NCBI GenBank assembly: GCA_963797555.1
Contig: CAWCPV010000004.1
Span: forward strand, 768,001 to 832,000
DNA from: an uncultured Gammaproteobacteria bacterium
GTDB taxonomy: Bacteria > Pseudomonadota > Gammaproteobacteria > CAWCPV01
Length of the DNA: 64,000 nt
Direction: 5' to 3'
Position 1 is the first letter of the stretch. Every line of letters begins with the position of its first letter. Position numbers and translations under genes: made by a program. The notes beneath the pieces were generated by a model that had not been told where the DNA came from, ran no database searches, and worked only from the letters and a program-made list of their open reading frames with translations. This document shows, one piece after another, positions 1 through 9,766 of the stretch.

Positions 1-5
1 GTCAC

Positions 6-1433
6 CTAGACGATCTTCATGAGGGCGTCGTCGTCGGCGAACGTGGCGATCTCGCTCACCCCCACAGTGAGGTTCTCGCCACAGGGCAACTCACCAAAGT
101 CGCGCCCGCCGAGCTGTTGCACTTCACCGAAGCGCGGCGGCGACCGCAGCAACCGAAGGTTGCGTACGTCCGCGAGCCCGGATTCGCCCATGAGCGCATA
201 GGTCACCTCGGAGAAGCGTACCGGTTCGCCGAAGTCGAGCGTGTCGACATAGCGCTGGACCCGATCCAGGAGCGCCTTCTTGAAGTTCTTCGCCGCGTCG
301 GAATCGTTGATGACCCCGGTCGACGTGCGCGGCAGCGGGATCCCGGTGACCACCAGGTCGGCGGCGATCCCGACGAACACGCGGTGCGCCTCCTGCACAC
401 GCGGGTAGATGCCGATCGGACGCAGGTCCTCGATCACGGACTCGACGGAGACGCCTACGCCGGCCGGCCCATCGAAGATGGCTGCGTCAGTGAGGGCTAC
501 CAGTACGGTGAAGAAGTTGGGCGACACGATGTCGCGCTCGGCGCCGAACACGCGCTCGATGAAGTTGAAGGTGCCGAAGATGGGGAGGTCGATGTCGAGC
601 CCGCCGCCGTCGCGCACGACCACGCGCCGCACCCCCGGGACCAGGGATGCCGCCACGCGGATAGCCTCGACCGACCAGGTGGAGCGCGGGGCGCGCAATA
701 GCAAGTCACGGTAGCGCCTGTCGGGCCAGCGCAGCTCCCCTCCGGCTAGGGGACGCGTATGCTCGATGGCGACCACCGATTCGAGTGAACCCGTCCCAGC
801 GGCGGTGATCAGTGCGTCGAGGGTATCGGAGTCGTCGCGGTTCCAGAAGGCGATCTTCTGCGGGTTACCCCCGCCTGCGCTCACGTTCGGGTCGAGGTTG
901 TGCTCGGGGCCGGGATAGAACGCCTCCACGGCCACATCCTTGGGCCCGCCCGTCCGGGTGAGGAGCACACTTTCGGTGGTAGCCACATGGTGGTTTCCGC
1001 TGGTATAGAGCCGGGCGCCGCGCGGGATCAAAAGCTCGTCGATCCCAGCGGGCAGCGCGGGCGTCAGGCGGATGGTCCCTTGCCCCTGCAAAAAGGGCCG
1101 CGGCAACCCCAGCTCCTCGCCCAGGCGGCTCAGCGCTTCTCCCCGCGCCGAAGAGACGAACTGGTTGTCATACACGGCAGCCAGCGCCGCCCAGGTGCGC
1201 GCGTCTTCCAGCGCCGTGACCTCGAGGATCTTGCGGATTGCCGAGCCCGAGGTGAGGTCGACATCCTTGCCGAACACCGTGCGTGCGAGAGCCAGCTTCT
1301 CCGCTAGGAGGCGCGCGAACGGCTTGGGGACGAACCCTCCGTCGGTCAGGCCGTATCCCTGAGCGCTCGTGGTGCGGGCCAGCTCCTCGTCGACTGCAAG
1401 GATGTCCGCAGTGTTGACCGTACCGTTAGCCAT
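6..1433 (-). CDS. Baseplate J / Mu gp47-like wedge protein
   Basis: 475 aa. N-terminal GYGLTDGGFVPK...FGKDVDLTSGS...ARGEALSRLGEELGLPR matches the phage baseplate J/gp47 pattern. Follows the gp25-like gene. A GTG directly after the stop (position 5) suggests the operon continues off-window. Confidence 0.85.
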   Translation of the reverse strand: MANGTVNTADILAVDEELARTTSAQGYGLTDGGFVPKPFARLLAEKLALARTVFGKDVDLTSGSAIRKILEVTALEDARTWAALAAVYDNQFVSSARGEALSRLGEELGLPRPFLQGQGTIRLTPALPAGIDELLIPRGARLYTSGNHHVATTESVLLTRTGGPKDVAVEAFYPGPEHNLDPNVSAGGGNPQKIAFWNRDDSDTLDALITAAGTGSLESVVAIEHTRPLAGGELRWPDRRYRDLLLRAPRSTWSVEAIRVAASLVPGVRRVVVRDGGGLDIDLPIFGTFNFIERVFGAERDIVSPNFFTVLVALTDAAIFDGPAGVGVSVESVIEDLRPIGIYPRVQEAHRVFVGIAADLVVTGIPLPRTSTGVINDSDAAKNFKKALLDRVQRYVDTLDFGEPVRFSEVTYALMGESGLADVRNLRLLRSPPRFGEVQQLGGRDFGELPCGENLTVGVSEIATFADDDALMKIV

Positions 1434-1908
1434 TCGGCACCACCTTCCCGAGATCGAGCGTCGCAGTATCGCCCGTGACCGTCTCGAACACCACCTTCAC
1501 CTCCAGCTCGCGGATGTTGGAACCGGGGCTGGTCAGCCGCCCGTCCTGCAACTGCACATCGACGATGCGCCGCACCCGCGGGTCCTTCTGCAGCAGCGTG
1601 ATCACGGCGATGCGGATGCGCTCCTGCACCATGATCGGGACCGTCTCCTCGGCAATGGCGTTGAGCCCGTCGAAGCCGAAATCCACGTTGAACACATCAC
1701 CCGTGAGAGGTGTGGTGAGGGCCACGGTGAGCGCCTGCCCGAGGTTCTCCATTCCCTCGGTCAAGGCGAAGTCGCGCGTCATGCCGTCGCCGCTCGGCGC
1801 GAGCACCAGATCGCGCCCGAGGTCCAGCGCGCCCTGCGTGGGCGCGCACAGGAGGCCGAAGCCAAGCAGCCTGCGCCGCAGAATGGCACGTTCGCGTTCG
1901 GCATCCAT
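1426..1908 (-). CDS. gp25/GPW-like baseplate wedge (sheath initiator)
   Basis: 160 aa. GMENLGQALTVALTTPLTGD..FGFD...DPRVRRIVDV is typical of the gp25/GPW family. Lies between spike and baseplate J. Confidence 0.8.
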   Translation of the reverse strand: MDAERERAILRRRLLGFGLLCAPTQGALDLGRDLVLAPSGDGMTRDFALTEGMENLGQALTVALTTPLTGDVFNVDFGFDGLNAIAEETVPIMVQERIRIAVITLLQKDPRVRRIVDVQLQDGRLTSPGSNIRELEVKVVFETVTGDTATLDLGKVVPNG

Positions 1909-3825
1909 CAGCTGCCCCTCCCTCTGACGTCCATCACACCGTCGGTCTCGACTATCACGTTCCCCTTGGAGTCGAAGGTGATGTCCTCTCCCGCCACGAA
2001 GTGCAGCTTCTTCTTGGATTCAATGGTGATGTTCCCGTCCTGATCGATGACGATCTTGGACCCACTGGCGTGTTCAATGCTCACATGTTCATTGGCGGCG
2101 GCGGGGCGCGTGCCAGCCCGTTGCAGCTTGTCCGCACCCACGCGCACGGTGAACTTGCCCACCTCGATAACGCGGTTGCCGTCGGCGTCGATCAGGTCGT
2201 TGGTGGCCTTGCCGCCCGGCTCGTTCAGCTTCTTGTCGTCGGCGACCTGTTGGCGATCGGCCTCAGGAATGGCGGCCGGCAGGACCAGCCAGTAGTCACC
2301 GGGATTGGACGCGGGCGCCTGGCCCCGCTCCCACAGCGCCCCGATGTCGATAAGGTCGTCGTCGTCGCCGTTGCGGTGGGCAAGGAGCACCCGCATCCCC
2401 GGGTAGCGCGGCAGGACCAGACCGAACTTGCCCCAGGCGAACGGCGAGGCGTACGGTGCGGCATTGAAGTGACTTCCCCGGTCATCGAAGGCGAGTCGCG
2501 CGGCCGCGTACGGATAGCCGTCGTCGGCCACGAGGCCGCGCCAGAGCTTCTCGGTCTGTGCCGGGAGCTGTCCCCCGTTGGCGTTGGTGGCGCGCACCTG
2601 GCCCACGTCGAGGCGCCGTCCGCCCCCTTTGGCGGCGTGTTGACGGACCAGGCCCGCGAGCTCCCCTTCGGGGCTGTCGTCGTGCTGCGCCGGCTCGGGC
2701 ATGGCCGGCCCTTTGGGCGACCCGTGCTCAAACCAGCCTTCAAATTTCCCCGGGGGTCCGGAAGGGATGGCGACGCCGCGAAGCAGGGTTATGAAGGCGG
2801 ACTCGCGGGACAGACGGTGGTTGACGCCGCGCACGTACATTCTGGTCTTGGTGGCCGCGAGGACCTCGGGCACACCGAGTGCGAAGCTCACCGCCGACCC
2901 CAGCTCATCGGTCTCGTCGGGAGGACGGTTGAACTCGACGAAGTCGCCCGGTTTGATGTCCGGACGCCCGCGCAGGGTCAATTCGAAGACATCGCGCTTG
3001 CCGGCATCCGGGTTGCCCGGGTCTTCGGGTTCCTGGCCGCGACTCTCGATCTGGATGAGCCCTTCGTCGGCGCCGATCTGGAACGTCTTGCCGACCAGCC
3101 GCAGCCGGTCCGGGCCCATGTACAGCAGTCCATCGCGGATGAGGTACATCCCGAGGCCGAACTGCCCGGTTTGCTGCTCCATGGCCGCACCAAGCTCGCG
3201 CAGGCGCTCTACGCCTATCTCCCCTTCGGACCAGCTCCGCTCGTCGTTGTTCAACCTCGGAGGAGGGCGTCTTTTCCTGCGACAGGGAGTTCACCCTGAG
3301 CAAATGAGTGATTTGCGCCGCCGCCTGCAGGCTGTCGGCCTCCGTCCCCATCTGGGGAATAGGCTTCAGCAGCTTGTCGTAGACCAGGTCGCGCGCCTCG
3401 ATCACGACCTCGTAGCGACGCGCCCCCGCGCGCCGCTTGAGCGATGACACGCGCAACACTGCGACCAACGAGTCGTCGGGCGGCTCGTCGCCCTGCAGGG
3501 TGTCGGTGAGCCCGGCGAGGTCCACCAAGTAGCCCACCGGCCCTGCATCGCGCCAATAGAGGCGAAGGTTCGCCACCAGGTTCGCGCGCGCCTTGTAGAG
3601 CTTCGCATAGTCCTCGCTGCTCATCCCCTCGATGACGAAGGTGTAGCTCCCGCCGTCCAGGGTCCCCGGCAGGGTGGCGTCGATCGAGGCGTAATAATCC
3701 GACGAGCTAAGCGCCGCAACGCGCTCATTCTTGATATCCTCGGGCTTGACGTCCAAACCCTGGGACACCTCGCGAAACTCGATGTGCCACGCCGCGTGGA
3801 CGCCGACCTTGGGGATCGCGCTCAC
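1908..3825 (-). CDS. VgrG-like baseplate hub-spike fusion (one frameshift at ~3255-3290)
   Basis: GTG at 3825 overlaps the upstream stop (GTGA). The N-part is in the frame of ORF 2905..4311 and the C-part is ORF 1908..3254. The C-part has a gp5 OB-fold-like GLVLPRYPGMRVLLAHRNGDDDD..IGALW and a beta-helix-like tail (SGSKIVIDQDGNITIESKKKLHFVAGEDITFDSKGNVIV). Confidence 0.75.
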
Positions 3826-4418
3826 GGCAAGTAGCCTCCACGCGGGCTGATTGTCGCGCCCGGAATACCGATGGCCGACTGCGAGAGCGCCGTGTTGCGG
3901 GCCGCCACGTAGGGGTCGATGGGTGCGAGCGGGAACGCGCTCGTCCCCCTGTCGACACGCCGCCAAGCCACCTCCACGAACGAGCCATAGTTGCCCGGTC
4001 CGCGCACGCAGCCGGCGTGGAGCAGCCAGCCGGCGACGTACAGGTCGATCACCGTGCGGCCGCCGTCCCCGTCCGGGATCACGCGCGACAGGCCCGCGGC
4101 CAGCGGGATCGCCGCGAGCGTCGCGCGCCCCTGGCGGAGGAGCAAGCGGATGGCTGGACGCTCCAGCGGATCGGCGCCGCGGGGCGCGCTGTGTACCTGA
4201 GTCTCGTCGATGGCCGCGCTCACCACGGCTTCCGGATCGGCCTCGCGCCAGAACGCCGCGAACCCTGTGGGAACCAAGAGTACCAGGCTCAGATCCGATT
4301 CGAGCGGCCACTGAAAGGGGACGCCGCGCGTGAGTTCCTGCCGCGACCGGGTGAAGCCGGCCGGGATCGCGATCGGTTCCTCGGGGGTGAGGAACCGATC
4401 CATCGGCATTGGCGTCAT
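3822..4418 (-). CDS. Hypothetical baseplate-module protein (plug-like by position)
   Basis: About 198 aa from ATG 4418, translationally coupled to the hub-spike gene. The function is assigned from position only. Confidence 0.45.
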   Translation of the reverse strand: MTPMPMDRFLTPEEPIAIPAGFTRSRQELTRGVPFQWPLESDLSLVLLVPTGFAAFWREADPEAVVSAAIDETQVHSAPRGADPLERPAIRLLLRQGRATLAAIPLAAGLSRVIPDGDGGRTVIDLYVAGWLLHAGCVRGPGNYGSFVEVAWRRVDRGTSAFPLAPIDPYVAARNTALSQSAIGIPGATISPRGGYLP

Positions 4419-4434
4419 GACCGGGCCCACGGCG

Positions 4435-4977
4435 TCACCTCGCGAAGTCCGCGAGCGCTCCCACGGCCAGCGGGGCGGCGTCGAGGACCTTGGCGAGAAC
4501 GCCGGGGCGTGGCACGTGCACCAGCGATATCGACACATCGAGCACGTCGCGCCGGGCCGCCGAGGCAGTGAACGTCAGCGACTGGATCTGCATGTCGGTG
4601 CGGATCGTCATCGAAGTGACCAGCGTCAAGCCCGACACCGCGCCGCCGGTGATGCGTTCGATGGCCGTGCCGCGCTTGCTCAGATCGGCCATGGTCTCGA
4701 GCATGAACTTGAAGGTGAAGCGCTGCGGGCCGACGAGCAGTCCGCTCAAGCTGACGGTGTCGTCATGCGCCGCCACGATCATCCGTTCTTGCGATGGCCC
4801 GATCGGCGGCAGGTGGTACGACTCGGAGAGAGACATGGACGTGACCGCAAACAAAGGCACGAAGAGCGGGGTGACAATCGCGGGCACGGGCGTGAGGGCT
4901 TGAACCGCAAGCTGGACCGGGTCCGCCAGCACGGCCGAGGGCACCGCCGTATTCAGGAAACTGCTCTCAAGTGGCAT
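4435..4977 (-). CDS. Dit-like / tube-initiator-like baseplate protein
   Basis: About 180 aa, beta-rich (SMSLSESY...VSLSGLL...LTLVTSMTIRTDMQIQSLTF...LDVSISLVHV), resembling tube-fold Dit/gpU-type proteins. Lies upstream of the hub. Confidence 0.5.
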   Translation of the reverse strand: MPLESSFLNTAVPSAVLADPVQLAVQALTPVPAIVTPLFVPLFAVTSMSLSESYHLPPIGPSQERMIVAAHDDTVSLSGLLVGPQRFTFKFMLETMADLSKRGTAIERITGGAVSGLTLVTSMTIRTDMQIQSLTFTASAARRDVLDVSISLVHVPRPGVLAKVLDAAPLAVGALADFAR

Positions 4978-5023
4978 CACATGCCGCCTTTCGCCCGCGT
5001 TACCCTGCACCCATGGGATTGCC

Positions 5024-5386
5024 TCACTCCGCCTTCAACCGATCGTGCACGCCCGCGCCCGCCGCGATCGTCCCCGGCGGAGTCCCATTCGTGGTTCCGC
5101 CTGGGGGATCGATGACGACGAACTCGCCATCGACCTTAAGCTTGGTAGCTTTACCCGACGTTACTTCCGACACGGCGGTGCACTTCACCTGGCCCGCATC
5201 CTCCTTGTTCTGGCAGGCTGAAATGGTCGCGGTCGCGACGAGAATGTTCGCCGTAGTCAGGACCTTATGGCCGTCCACCTTCAGCCTGCCGACGCCGCTC
5301 TTGGACAGCGTGCCCCCGTGCGGAGCCGGCTGCTCGGGCGTGGCCACGCACTTCAACACCGTGTCCTCAGTGAGCACCTTACCCAT
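5024..5386 (-). CDS. PAAR-like (DUF4280-type) spike tip protein
   Basis: 120 aa with C..(x)n..HGG, KVDGHKVL, two further Cys and KLKVDGEFVV, a PAAR-like Zn-binding tip pattern. Confidence 0.7.
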   Translation of the reverse strand: MGKVLTEDTVLKCVATPEQPAPHGGTLSKSGVGRLKVDGHKVLTTANILVATATISACQNKEDAGQVKCTAVSEVTSGKATKLKVDGEFVVIDPPGGTTNGTPPGTIAAGAGVHDRLKAE

Positions 5387-5783
5387 CAGCGTTACCTCTT
5401 TCGAGCCATTCGATGATCAGACGTGGCAGTGGGCCGAGGAGTGGGGCCTCGGCCGGCCACTTCCCCAGCTGCACTTGAATTACTTGCCCGCCGTTGGGCT
5501 TGCGCCAGTAGCTGGTGCTCATGGCGTACCGGTCGCCTCCGGCGTCCTCGCCGATCCGGATGGCCCCGCGAAAACCTCGAGGTGTCCACGTTCCCTCGAC
5601 GGGACGCAGCTCCGACACGCCATAGAGGGTAATGTCCGCTGCGGGGATCGAGAGCCCATCCGTGAGCTCGAGTAGCGCACTCGGTTGATTGGGGAGGCCC
5701 ACGCCGGCCCGGTCTTCGCCGTTGTAGCTCCGTAGGAGAGCAGAGCAGCAGGGTCTCGCCGTATAGCTGGTGATCGCCATCAC
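5379..5783 (-). CDS. SUKH/SMI1-KNR4-like immunity protein
   Basis: 134 aa. LP....LLELTDGL.I....LYGVSEL...IRIGEDAGGDRY matches the SMI1/KNR4 (SUKH) pattern. Directly downstream of a putative nuclease toxin. Confidence 0.65.
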   Translation of the reverse strand: MMAITSYTARPCCSALLRSYNGEDRAGVGLPNQPSALLELTDGLSIPAADITLYGVSELRPVEGTWTPRGFRGAIRIGEDAGGDRYAMSTSYWRKPNGGQVIQVQLGKWPAEAPLLGPLPRLIIEWLERGNADG

Positions 5784-5792
5784 GCTTCCTCG

Positions 5793-8700
5793 CTAGTTGA
5801 AACTCACAAACGGTAGCGTCGCCTCGAAGGCGTTCCGGTACTCGGTGAGTTCGGCCTCGGTGATATCGCCGCGCTTGAGGGCCCGCTTGATCACGGCGTG
5901 TTCGAGCGCCGGTCGCAGCCGCCCCTTCACATCCTCAATGACCTGCCGCATCACGGCCGGATCGTTGACATCCGAGATCTTGAGCCGGCGTGCCGCCGCC
6001 GCGGCGATTTCCTGGCTGCGAATGCGCCAGTCGATCGACTCAAACGCGCGAGAACTCCCAGTCAACATCCGGCGCTCCGTCACCTCGATGACGATGTTGG
6101 TCGCCAGCTGGCGGACCGCGTCGTCTCCGAGGCTGCGCAGCCGATAGATTTCCTTCACCTCGACGCGCCGAGTCAGGGCTGCACTGGGACGGAACACGCG
6201 GAAGTCCGACACGCGCAACTCTCCACCGGCAGACAGACCCGGGTCTTCGAACGCCAAGTGGGCGTCCGGGAAGCGGTCCAGTTCCTTATTGGCTGCGAGC
6301 AGGACGCCAACGACAGCCTTGTACTTCTGAGGTACGTTGCCGGTGAGATCCGGGATAAGTCTGCCCAGATCTAAGGAGCGCGGCGCCAGCCGCTGCAATG
6401 ACTCGAAGATCCCCACGACTTGCTGTGGTTCGAAGTTGTGAAAGACGCGTAGCGCCTTGCTGGCGGTCGTACCCGATCGCAGCTCGAAGAAGATCTCCAG
6501 TCCCTCGTTCGCCTGCGGCGAGAAGCTCGCCAACGTGCGCAACGCCTTCTGCACGTCCATGAACCACTCGCCGGTTTCGATGGGAGAAAGCAGCTTGGCC
6601 AGCGTCGAGGCGTTGCCGCCGCGCTCGAGAAAGCGGCTGAATCCCTCCATTTCGGCGGTGTGCTGTGGTCCCAGGAAGCGGCCGATCCCCCGCAAAAGCC
6701 GCTGTGCCGTGCGCTGGCTGCGCTGGGCGACGGTCGTCAGTTGTGCCACGAACTTCGCGGTGTCGGGCTGTCCCTGGATCACGTGCAGTGCGCGGCGCTG
6801 CGCTTTAACGTCGTATCCGCCGACGATGGCGTCAATCGATGGGGGAGGCACGCTCGGGCGGCCGGGCAGCAGCAACAGAGGCCGGTCCATACCCGCGCCG
6901 GTCAACCGGAGGACGCCACCGCCCGTATCGGTCACCTCATAGCCTGCCCGACGGAATCGCACCATCATCTGGTCTGCGCTTTGCGCAGGCACATATGGGT
7001 TGTATTCGAACGCCTCCGGTCCGACGGCGACCAACTCGTGGACCACTTCCGATGGCGCAGGGCGCGTCCGCGCCGCCCCTGCCCCTGCGGAGGGTGGCTG
7101 CGAGTTGCGGACGATCTCGGCGTACTGCGCGACTATCTTCGCCAAGGCACCCACACGCGAGCGGCTGAGGCCCAGTGAGGCCAAGGCTTCGTCGGAAAAG
7201 TTCTTGCCCGCCATACGCCCGAGCACCTCTTCGAGCTCTGGCAGGATTGTCAGCAAGCGTTTCTTCAGCGATGCGTGTTGTGCGTCGTCTGGCCCACTCG
7301 GACCGATTCGGCGAATCTCGTCGAAAATGGCAGCGCCTTCCTGGCGCACGCGATCGAACCGGGCCAAGAGTTCGTCCTGGATATTCAGCGCACGCAACTG
7401 CTGGCGTAGGCGCGAGCCACCGAGGAGCGCACCGGTCGCCGACAGCACCACGCTGGAGAACATGAATGTCTCCATGTCCTCCGGCATGTGGCCGGTTTGG
7501 ACAAGCGTCAAGCCCAGATTGATGCCGGTGCCCACCGCCGCGTCGGCGCCCAACACGATGCTGAGCTGCGCTAGATCGCGCCCAGGGGCAAGGTAGCGTC
7601 CAAATGCCACGAAGCGGACGTTAAACCATCGGAATAGGAACCCGAAGGCCGCATTTTCACTGAATGAGACCAGCACGTCTCGGGCGCTCACCTCCTCGTG
7701 CAGAGCGACGACCTGTCCGAGCGTCGTCACAGCCGTAAACGTTCCGGCTCCAATCAGCGTGGTCTCGGTGGCGGTCAAGCCCAACGCGCCTTCGGCGATC
7801 CCTGCGACGCCCCAGGTCACGACCATCGCGACAACGGTGATTCCAAGGCGAACCCAGAACTTCCGTTTGTTGCGTCTGACTTCTTCCTCTGCCTTGTCGT
7901 TTATTTCTTTGACCAGCTCATCGAGGCGCTGCTGCCACCCCTTCATCTTGTCTGGCAGGTTGGCGTAATCAGGGTGTTCAAGCTCGCGCTTGACCCCAGC
8001 GATGATGGGGTCGGTACGCCGCCACCAACTGACGTGATCGTCGACATCACCGATGTCGTGATCGATTGCCCAGTCCGGCAACTGCAGCGCGCCGTGCCAG
8101 AACGTCATCAGGGATCGCTTTACTTCGAGCTCGCCGAGCTGTTGCCGCAGCTTGCCGGCTAACACGAGATAGGGCTCACCACGGCCGTGCTTGCCCGCGT
8201 TTGCCACTTCGCTCCCCAGTGCGCCGACCTGCTGTAGGAGCTGATTGAGTTTCGTGTTGAACTTGGTGTATGCGTTGTCGTGGCCGACCCCCATCACAAA
8301 GATGGGGATCAACGTCACCTGGTAGGTCAGCTCTTTGATTCCCGCTGCGACATGCTCCAGCCGCTTGTCGGCGGCGAGCCCCTGCCAATCCGCATAAAAT
8401 GCGTCCGCGTCTTTCAGCAGTTTGTCGATCGGATCCTTCCGGAACGGCGATGCGCGCAACGCATCGATGAGCACGTCCAGATAGCGCGAGCGAGCCTGCA
8501 ACAGGATCTGTACCTCCTCCAGGTTGTCAGCCTCCTGTCCTGCACTGAGTCGATACAGCAGCAGCCAATTGTCAATCTCGCGCACCTTGGCCAGTACCGC
8601 CACCAAGACCTGGTAGTATGCGAGTAACTCTTCCTGTGGCACGAACGTGCTTATGCCTTGCTTGCCGCTGGCGAGCGCCGCCAGCAGCGCGGGATAGCGC

Positions 8701-9689
8701 CACAGATCGATGCGATTCAGTGCCTTGAAGATCACATCCTCGGTCTTCTCTTCCGCGGTGATCAGGTAGCCCTGCAGATGCAGTCGCGCAGTGGCGATCG
8801 GATCGAGGAGCGCGACGATACGCCGGAAGCCTGGAATGCGGCGCTCCAATTCGCCCGTGAGCCACGCGGCTTCGGGCAACTCTCCGGCCAAATGGATTGC
8901 GTCGGCGGCAATGTCGAGAGACTGGGCGGCTTCTTGGATCGCTTGCTTGTCTTTATCGATACGCCTGATCGCACCTTCGGAGAATTCGTAAACACGTGCG
9001 ATCGCCGCAGCGCTCCCTGTCGAGGCTTCCAGCAGCAGCTTGCGGAACTTCGCTGGGTTGCGCTTGGCAAACGCGCGCAGGATTTCCACGTTCAGGGGAT
9101 CGGCGGGATCCCGCCCCGGTCTCGTCCGTGTTCCGCTCAAGATTCGCTGGAACAGACTGCCGTCGTCTTTGACAAGTTGCGCGACCGTCGTGCGAATCAG
9201 TGTGAGCTGTTCGTCGGAGAAATCGCCAGGTTGCCGGGCACGCTTGACGATCAGGAGCTTCGGCGTAAGGTCCTTTTTCGGCTGATAGCTGGGAATGAGG
9301 TAGCCGTCGCCGTCGAGCGTCCATCGATGCTCGTCGACCCGTTCGCGAATCTCGTCCGGCAGTACAGGGGGCGCCGTGACCGCGGCGCGTACGAAGTCGT
9401 ACAGGTGTGCACTGGAGGCGGCACGTGAGAAGGTCTCTTTCACCAGCGCTTCGATATCGGCGCGGACCGCCGCCGATACCCGGTCGAGCTCGCCACCGGT
9501 CCAGACGACTTTGGGTTCCCAGAGACGGATAGTCGCATATCCGCCGCGCCGCGCGAGGACGACATCCCGCGAGCTGGCGAGAGCCCGTCCGGCGGCAGAG
9601 GCGAGAGCTTCTGCGATCACGTCGCGCCGCTTCGCGAGGCCCGTCGCGTTGACCCGGATGCGGGTTGGAATGATCACGCTCACGGGCAT
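5793..9689 (-). CDS. Large putative effector/polymorphic toxin: helical N-region, hydrophobic membrane-insertion region, C-terminal PD-(D/E)xK nuclease-like domain
   Basis: 1298 aa. A coiled coil precedes the hydrophobic FWVRLGITVVAMVVTWGVAGIAEGALG...GAGTFTAVTTLGQVVAL (~7700-7860). The C-terminal FE...RVSDFRV...VEVKE is a restriction-endonuclease-fold motif. Followed by a SUKH-like gene. Confidence 0.65.
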   Translation of the reverse strand: MPVSVIIPTRIRVNATGLAKRRDVIAEALASAAGRALASSRDVVLARRGGYATIRLWEPKVVWTGGELDRVSAAVRADIEALVKETFSRAASSAHLYDFVRAAVTAPPVLPDEIRERVDEHRWTLDGDGYLIPSYQPKKDLTPKLLIVKRARQPGDFSDEQLTLIRTTVAQLVKDDGSLFQRILSGTRTRPGRDPADPLNVEILRAFAKRNPAKFRKLLLEASTGSAAAIARVYEFSEGAIRRIDKDKQAIQEAAQSLDIAADAIHLAGELPEAAWLTGELERRIPGFRRIVALLDPIATARLHLQGYLITAEEKTEDVIFKALNRIDLWRYPALLAALASGKQGISTFVPQEELLAYYQVLVAVLAKVREIDNWLLLYRLSAGQEADNLEEVQILLQARSRYLDVLIDALRASPFRKDPIDKLLKDADAFYADWQGLAADKRLEHVAAGIKELTYQVTLIPIFVMGVGHDNAYTKFNTKLNQLLQQVGALGSEVANAGKHGRGEPYLVLAGKLRQQLGELEVKRSLMTFWHGALQLPDWAIDHDIGDVDDHVSWWRRTDPIIAGVKRELEHPDYANLPDKMKGWQQRLDELVKEINDKAEEEVRRNKRKFWVRLGITVVAMVVTWGVAGIAEGALGLTATETTLIGAGTFTAVTTLGQVVALHEEVSARDVLVSFSENAAFGFLFRWFNVRFVAFGRYLAPGRDLAQLSIVLGADAAVGTGINLGLTLVQTGHMPEDMETFMFSSVVLSATGALLGGSRLRQQLRALNIQDELLARFDRVRQEGAAIFDEIRRIGPSGPDDAQHASLKKRLLTILPELEEVLGRMAGKNFSDEALASLGLSRSRVGALAKIVAQYAEIVRNSQPPSAGAGAARTRPAPSEVVHELVAVGPEAFEYNPYVPAQSADQMMVRFRRAGYEVTDTGGGVLRLTGAGMDRPLLLLPGRPSVPPPSIDAIVGGYDVKAQRRALHVIQGQPDTAKFVAQLTTVAQRSQRTAQRLLRGIGRFLGPQHTAEMEGFSRFLERGGNASTLAKLLSPIETGEWFMDVQKALRTLASFSPQANEGLEIFFELRSGTTASKALRVFHNFEPQQVVGIFESLQRLAPRSLDLGRLIPDLTGNVPQKYKAVVGVLLAANKELDRFPDAHLAFEDPGLSAGGELRVSDFRVFRPSAALTRRVEVKEIYRLRSLGDDAVRQLATNIVIEVTERRMLTGSSRAFESIDWRIRSQEIAAAAARRLKISDVNDPAVMRQVIEDVKGRLRPALEHAVIKRALKRGDITEAELTEYRNAFEATLPFVSFN

Positions 9690-9766
9690 GAGTCAGGCGC
9701 CTACCAGCACGACGTTCCACATGGAGACCTGTCTACCGCCCTCGCGGCGCTTGACCGTCAACACAT

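Noticed and set aside
3255-3290. Programmed frameshift in the hub-spike gene
   Set aside because: No clear slippery heptamer, and the window has many similar indels, including one in ffh.
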